Source of the DNA: an uncultured Megasphaera sp.
GTDB lineage: Bacteria; Bacillota; Negativicutes; Veillonellales; Megasphaeraceae
DNA: 64,000 bases
Direction of reading: 5' to 3'
Assembly (NCBI GenBank): GCA_900554215.1
Contig: USGG01000004.1
Span: 937 to 64,936, forward strand
The notes under the pieces are model-generated. The model saw only the letters and a program-made list of their open reading frames with translations. It was not told the origin of the DNA and ran no database searches. The translations under genes and the position numbers were made by a program. This document shows positions 60,263 to 64,000 of this stretch, piece after piece. Each line of letters opens with the position of its first letter. Within the stretch, counting starts at the first letter, position 1.

Positions 60263-61552
60263 ATGTCAAATGAACAAGAAAAGATCAGATTGTCTATTAA
60301 ACAGTTCGTGATTATTTTCTTCCTAGGGCTTGGATATACTGTAGTATATGCTACACCGTTTATCCAATATGTATTTTACGATGCGTTGGTTTCAGCCCTA
60401 GGTTGTTCACAGCAAGAGCTTGGATATCTTATTACGATTTTTGGTATTGGCAATATTCTGGCCGCCTTTGGCGGAATGTTGAGCGACCGTTTTAATGCGA
60501 AATCTATTTACATGATTGGCGTTGGCTTAATTTGTGTGTTAAATGTTCTGTTTGCATTTAATATGAATTATACCTTTGCCTTAGTTGTCTGGGCTGGATT
60601 TGCATTTTCCGGATTGTTTCTCTATTTTCCCGCTCACATCAAGCTGTGCCGCTTAGTAGGGCATGAACGGCAGCAGGGAACCATATTCGGTTTTGTTGAA
60701 GCGTTTTGCGGTGTAGGGAACGTTATCGTAAATTTCATTGCCTTGTACTTTTTTACAAAATTTGCAACGGACGCATACGGCGTTAACGGTTTAAAAGCGG
60801 CTATCATCTGCTACGCTGTTATTGGCGTCATTACATTGATTTGCTTGTATTTCCTGATTCCAAAACCGGAAACGGCAAAGAAGGACAATACGTCGGCTGA
60901 ACCGGAAGAAAAGATGACCGTCAAGGACTGGGTACATGTTGTGACGAATCCGCGGACATGGATGTCCGGCATCGCTGTCTTTGCTACGTACACAATGTAC
61001 TGTACGCTTTCGTACTATACGCCTTATTTCAGTAATGTACTAGGTGCTTCCGTAGTGTTTTCCGGCGGCCTGGCTATCATTCGAATTTACGGCACACGGT
61101 TCGTTGGGGCTCCGTTAGGCGGATGGTTAGGTGATAAGTTCCGTTCTTTGTCAGCTGTCGTTGGTGTTTCTCTATTAGGTGCGATTATCTTCGTGGTCAT
61201 CTTTAAGATGCTGCCGCCAGGCACAGATGCTACTCTGTTGATTGTCATGACAATCATTACCGGTGTATTTACTTACATGGCCCGCGGTGCGATGTTTGCC
61301 GTACCGTCTGAATTGGAAATTCCTCGTAAGTACGCTGGGTCCACATCGGGGCTGGTCTGCTGCATCGGCTACTGTCCTGATTTGTTCATCTTTGTATTGT
61401 ATGGATATTGGCTGGATGTTTACGGAAACGCCGGATTTGATAGAATCTTCTTGTTTGCAGCCGTTGTTATGGCTATCGGCGTATTAAATTCCATTGCAAT
61501 TCAGATTTACAAACGCAAGCATAAGATTGGTAAATCCAGTGCTGCGGCGTAA
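60263..61552 (+). CDS. MFS transporter
   Basis: About 12 TM segments; GGMLSDRF; shares PFIQY, FPAHIK, TLSYYTPYF and GY.PDLF with the 52317 MFS. Confidence 0.88.
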   Translation: MSNEQEKIRLSIKQFVIIFFLGLGYTVVYATPFIQYVFYDALVSALGCSQQELGYLITIFGIGNILAAFGGMLSDRFNAKSIYMIGVGLICVLNVLFAFNMNYTFALVVWAGFAFSGLFLYFPAHIKLCRLVGHERQQGTIFGFVEAFCGVGNVIVNFIALYFFTKFATDAYGVNGLKAAIICYAVIGVITLICLYFLIPKPETAKKDNTSAEPEEKMTVKDWVHVVTNPRTWMSGIAVFATYTMYCTLSYYTPYFSNVLGASVVFSGGLAIIRIYGTRFVGAPLGGWLGDKFRSLSAVVGVSLLGAIIFVVIFKMLPPGTDATLLIVMTIITGVFTYMARGAMFAVPSELEIPRKYAGSTSGLVCCIGYCPDLFIFVLYGYWLDVYGNAGFDRIFLFAAVVMAIGVLNSIAIQIYKRKHKIGKSSAAA

Positions 61553-61604
61553 TAAATAAAAGTCGGTTTTAATTTAAATGTTTTTCAGAAAGGAGTTTGT
61601 CTAT

Positions 61605-62996
61605 ATGGATCAGAAAATTATTGAACGGTTGCAGGCCATTTGCGGAGAAAAATATGTATTTGTACAGGATGACGACGTCAGCAGATACTTATACGATGAA
61701 ACGGAAGAATTAGTTCGTCCCGAAGCAGAACCTGATTGTGTCGTTGTTCGTCCGGGTACTAATGAAGAAGTTTCAGAAATCTTAAAGCTCGCCAATGAAA
61801 TGCTGTTTCCTGTAATTCCTCGCGGCGGCGGTACAGGTGCCTGCGGTGCCGTTATTCCGACACAGCCAAGCGTTATTATGTCGATGGAACGGTTTGACAA
61901 GATTTTGGAAGTCGATAAAATCGGCATGATGGTTACGGCGCAGACTGGCGTAACGTTGTATCAGCTTAACGAATATTTAGATAAAGAGGTTCATGAATTA
62001 TACTTCCCCTGTCATCCTGGTGACGAAGGTGCGCAGCTCGGCGGCTTAGCTGTTGAAAATGCCGGCGGCGTCCGCGCTGTAAAACACGGGATTATGAGAA
62101 GCTATGTAAAAGGCTTAAAGGTGTGTCTGCCGTCTGGTGAAATCGTTCAGTTAGGCGGAAAACTGCTGAAAAATAACATGGGCTATGATTTAATGCACCT
62201 CATTGTCGGTTCGGAAGGCACATTGTGCGTCGTGTTGGAAGTTACTTTTAAACTTCATCCCAGACTGGAACATACGGGCACGATGGTTATGTCCTTTGCC
62301 AATCCGAAAGACGCAGTTAACTGTGTATCGGCTGTACAGGTCGCTGGAATTGTTCCCTTAGCTGTTGAATATATGGACCGCTCTATTGCATTGAAGACGG
62401 GCGAAGAAATCAGCAAGACTTGGCCGCTGAAAGACGAAGGCAAAGTAGATATTATCTACATGCTGGAAGGCAAGGATGAAGATGAAGTCTATGATACGGC
62501 TGAAAAGATTGATGCTATATCTTCGGAAAATGGCGCTATCAACTGCATTATTGCTGAAAGCAAGAAGGATCAGAAGACCATTTTGGATATCCGCTCGGCA
62601 ATGTATGAAGTATTTAAACCGTATTTCGTAGATTCGCTGGATACGGCAGTTCCCGTATGCCACGTCAATGAATTGCTGGCTGATTTTGATGAAATCGCTA
62701 AGAAATACGGATCGACAACACCGCGCGTAGGTCACGTTGCCGACGGTAACTTCCATAACTTTATCCTTCGCGACGAGGAAGGCAATGTACCGAGCTGGGC
62801 TGATGACATGCGGAAAGATTTTTATGAAGCTGCTTTGAAATACGGCGGAACCATTACGGCAGAGCATGGTACCGGCAAGACCAGAAAACCGTACATGAAT
62901 TTACAGTATTCACCGACAGTTATGCAGATTATGAAAGGGATTAAACATGCGTTTGACCCGAATAACATTCTGAATCCGGGCTGCGTATTCGACTAA
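61605..62996 (+). CDS. FAD-binding 2-hydroxyacid oxidoreductase (GlcD/LctD-like)
   Basis: PRGGGTG, NAGGVRAVKHG, GSEGTL, HVADGNFH, TAEHGTG and DPNNILNPG motifs; AAGGAG RBS. Confidence 0.87.
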   Translation: MDQKIIERLQAICGEKYVFVQDDDVSRYLYDETEELVRPEAEPDCVVVRPGTNEEVSEILKLANEMLFPVIPRGGGTGACGAVIPTQPSVIMSMERFDKILEVDKIGMMVTAQTGVTLYQLNEYLDKEVHELYFPCHPGDEGAQLGGLAVENAGGVRAVKHGIMRSYVKGLKVCLPSGEIVQLGGKLLKNNMGYDLMHLIVGSEGTLCVVLEVTFKLHPRLEHTGTMVMSFANPKDAVNCVSAVQVAGIVPLAVEYMDRSIALKTGEEISKTWPLKDEGKVDIIYMLEGKDEDEVYDTAEKIDAISSENGAINCIIAESKKDQKTILDIRSAMYEVFKPYFVDSLDTAVPVCHVNELLADFDEIAKKYGSTTPRVGHVADGNFHNFILRDEEGNVPSWADDMRKDFYEAALKYGGTITAEHGTGKTRKPYMNLQYSPTVMQIMKGIKHAFDPNNILNPGCVFD

Positions 62997-63018
62997 GTTT
63001 CCTATTCACCCTCATATC

Positions 63019-63066
63019 GCTTTGCGCCTATATAATAGAACATCGTTCTGTATATAGGCGTAAAGC
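63019..63066. promoter_or_regulatory. Long hairpin centred on the AGAAC-N3-GTTCT motif
   Basis: GCTTTGCGCCTATATAATAGAAC ATC GTTCTGTATATAGGCGTAAAGC. Confidence 0.55.
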
Positions 63067-63311
63067 CCCCTGACCCTAATAAGTAAAGGCCATAAAAACA
63101 ATATAATAAACAGGTATACACGGGCTGTCTGGTTATACGTGTTGACGGGATTTGGCTAATTATTTTATGCGCTCCTTACCAAAAAAAGCGGCCTGTCATC
63201 GTATTGCCACTCGGCCCGTTTGTATACTCCAGACAATTTTGTTCGAAGCTATTGCCTGCTGCGACGTGATGTGCGGTATGAATGTTGTAAGAACGGAAGG
63301 GGAGGTATTTC

Positions 63312-64000
63312 ACGTATTCACAGAGACAAGAAAAGAAATTTAACGCCTTTTTAAACAGACTGACTTTATATTGCGGTGGTACGTCTTTGCTGGACGGGTA
63401 TATTTTAACGGTTATTGGGCCGGCGTTGATGCATCTCAGGCCGCTGATGGAACTGGATGTGTTTTGGACCGGTGCGATTGGTTCCGCCGCCTTGATGGGC
63501 GTCTTGATAGGGGGACCTGTATTTGGGTATTTATCGGACAGGGTTGGACGAAAGCTGCCCTTTGTCGTGATTCCATTGGCAATGGCGGCATTATCTATTG
63601 CATCTATATTTGTTGAAACACCATTACAACTATTTGTTATACGATTTTTGGCGGGCGTTGTCGTAGGCTCCGATTATCCCAGTGCTACGGCGTATTTAGC
63701 GGAATATTCACCGCCCCAGCGGAGAGGCATTATGATCGGCGTGCTGATTTTGATGCTGAGCGGCGGCATGACCTTGGGGGAAATCGTCGGATATTTAGTG
63801 TATGATTCAGCGTATGCCTGGCAGATTTTGCTGGGCGCTCCGGCTATCGTGGCGATTCCGCTGGCAATTGGCCGGCGGAGATATCCCGAATCACCGCGCT
63901 GGCTTATCAATAAGGGACGTACCGCAGAAGCGCGCATCATTATGAAAGCCGTTTACGGTTTCAGCGCCGATACGGACGACGTAGAAGAAAAGACGGTCAA
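63312..64000 (+). CDS. MFS transporter (sugar porter/YaaU-like), runs off the window; the SD-aligned codon is ACG
   Basis: Frame reads ...SLLDGYILTVIG...FGYLSDRVGRK...YLAEYSPPQRRG...PESPRWL; not in the ORF track because no stop occurs in the window. Confidence 0.8.

Noticed and set aside
51032..63049. GAAC/GTTC motifs as Firmicute LexA SOS boxes
   Set aside because: The SOS box is GAAC-N4-GTTC; all four copies have a 3-nt spacer and flank catabolic genes
63371..63616. 81-aa plus-strand ORF
   Set aside because: Alternative frame overlapping the MFS transporter frame that begins at 63312
1..64000. CRISPR array, tRNA or rRNA genes
   Set aside because: No regularly spaced repeat-spacer units, cloverleaf-like sequences or rRNA-like sequences seen

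Overview
This is a bacterial chromosomal window, most likely from a diderm Firmicute (Negativicutes, Megasphaera/Veillonellaceae-like). That assignment is inferred from Firmicute-type genes and a SAM-I riboswitch occurring together with an outer-membrane two-partner secretion (TPS) system. 1-23 kb is mostly housekeeping: pyrB-pyrC-carA-carB, argC-(degenerate argJ)-argB-argD, ornithine decarboxylase, metF, SAM-riboswitch-controlled metQ, an ABC-F ATPase, a FAD-linked 2-hydroxyacid oxidoreductase, ychF, dapL and flavodoxins. 23-47 kb is an accessory block. It holds an unannotated Fst/par-like type I toxin-antitoxin (TA) module, an NTF2-MalT-LuxR regulator frameshifted exactly at a C10 tract (candidate phase-variable switch), a divergent lktBAC-like operon with a 5813-aa filamentous exoprotein, and a second, truncated type I TA module (orphan antitoxin) at the far edge. 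47-64 kb holds two paralogous four-subunit 2-oxoacid:ferredoxin oxidoreductase operons. The second lies in an AT-richer catabolic cluster (aminotransferase, transporters, IclR, CoA-transferase, FAD dehydrogenase) linked by a recurring AGAAC-N3-GTTCY motif. All calls come from reading the sequence and its translations; no database searches were run.
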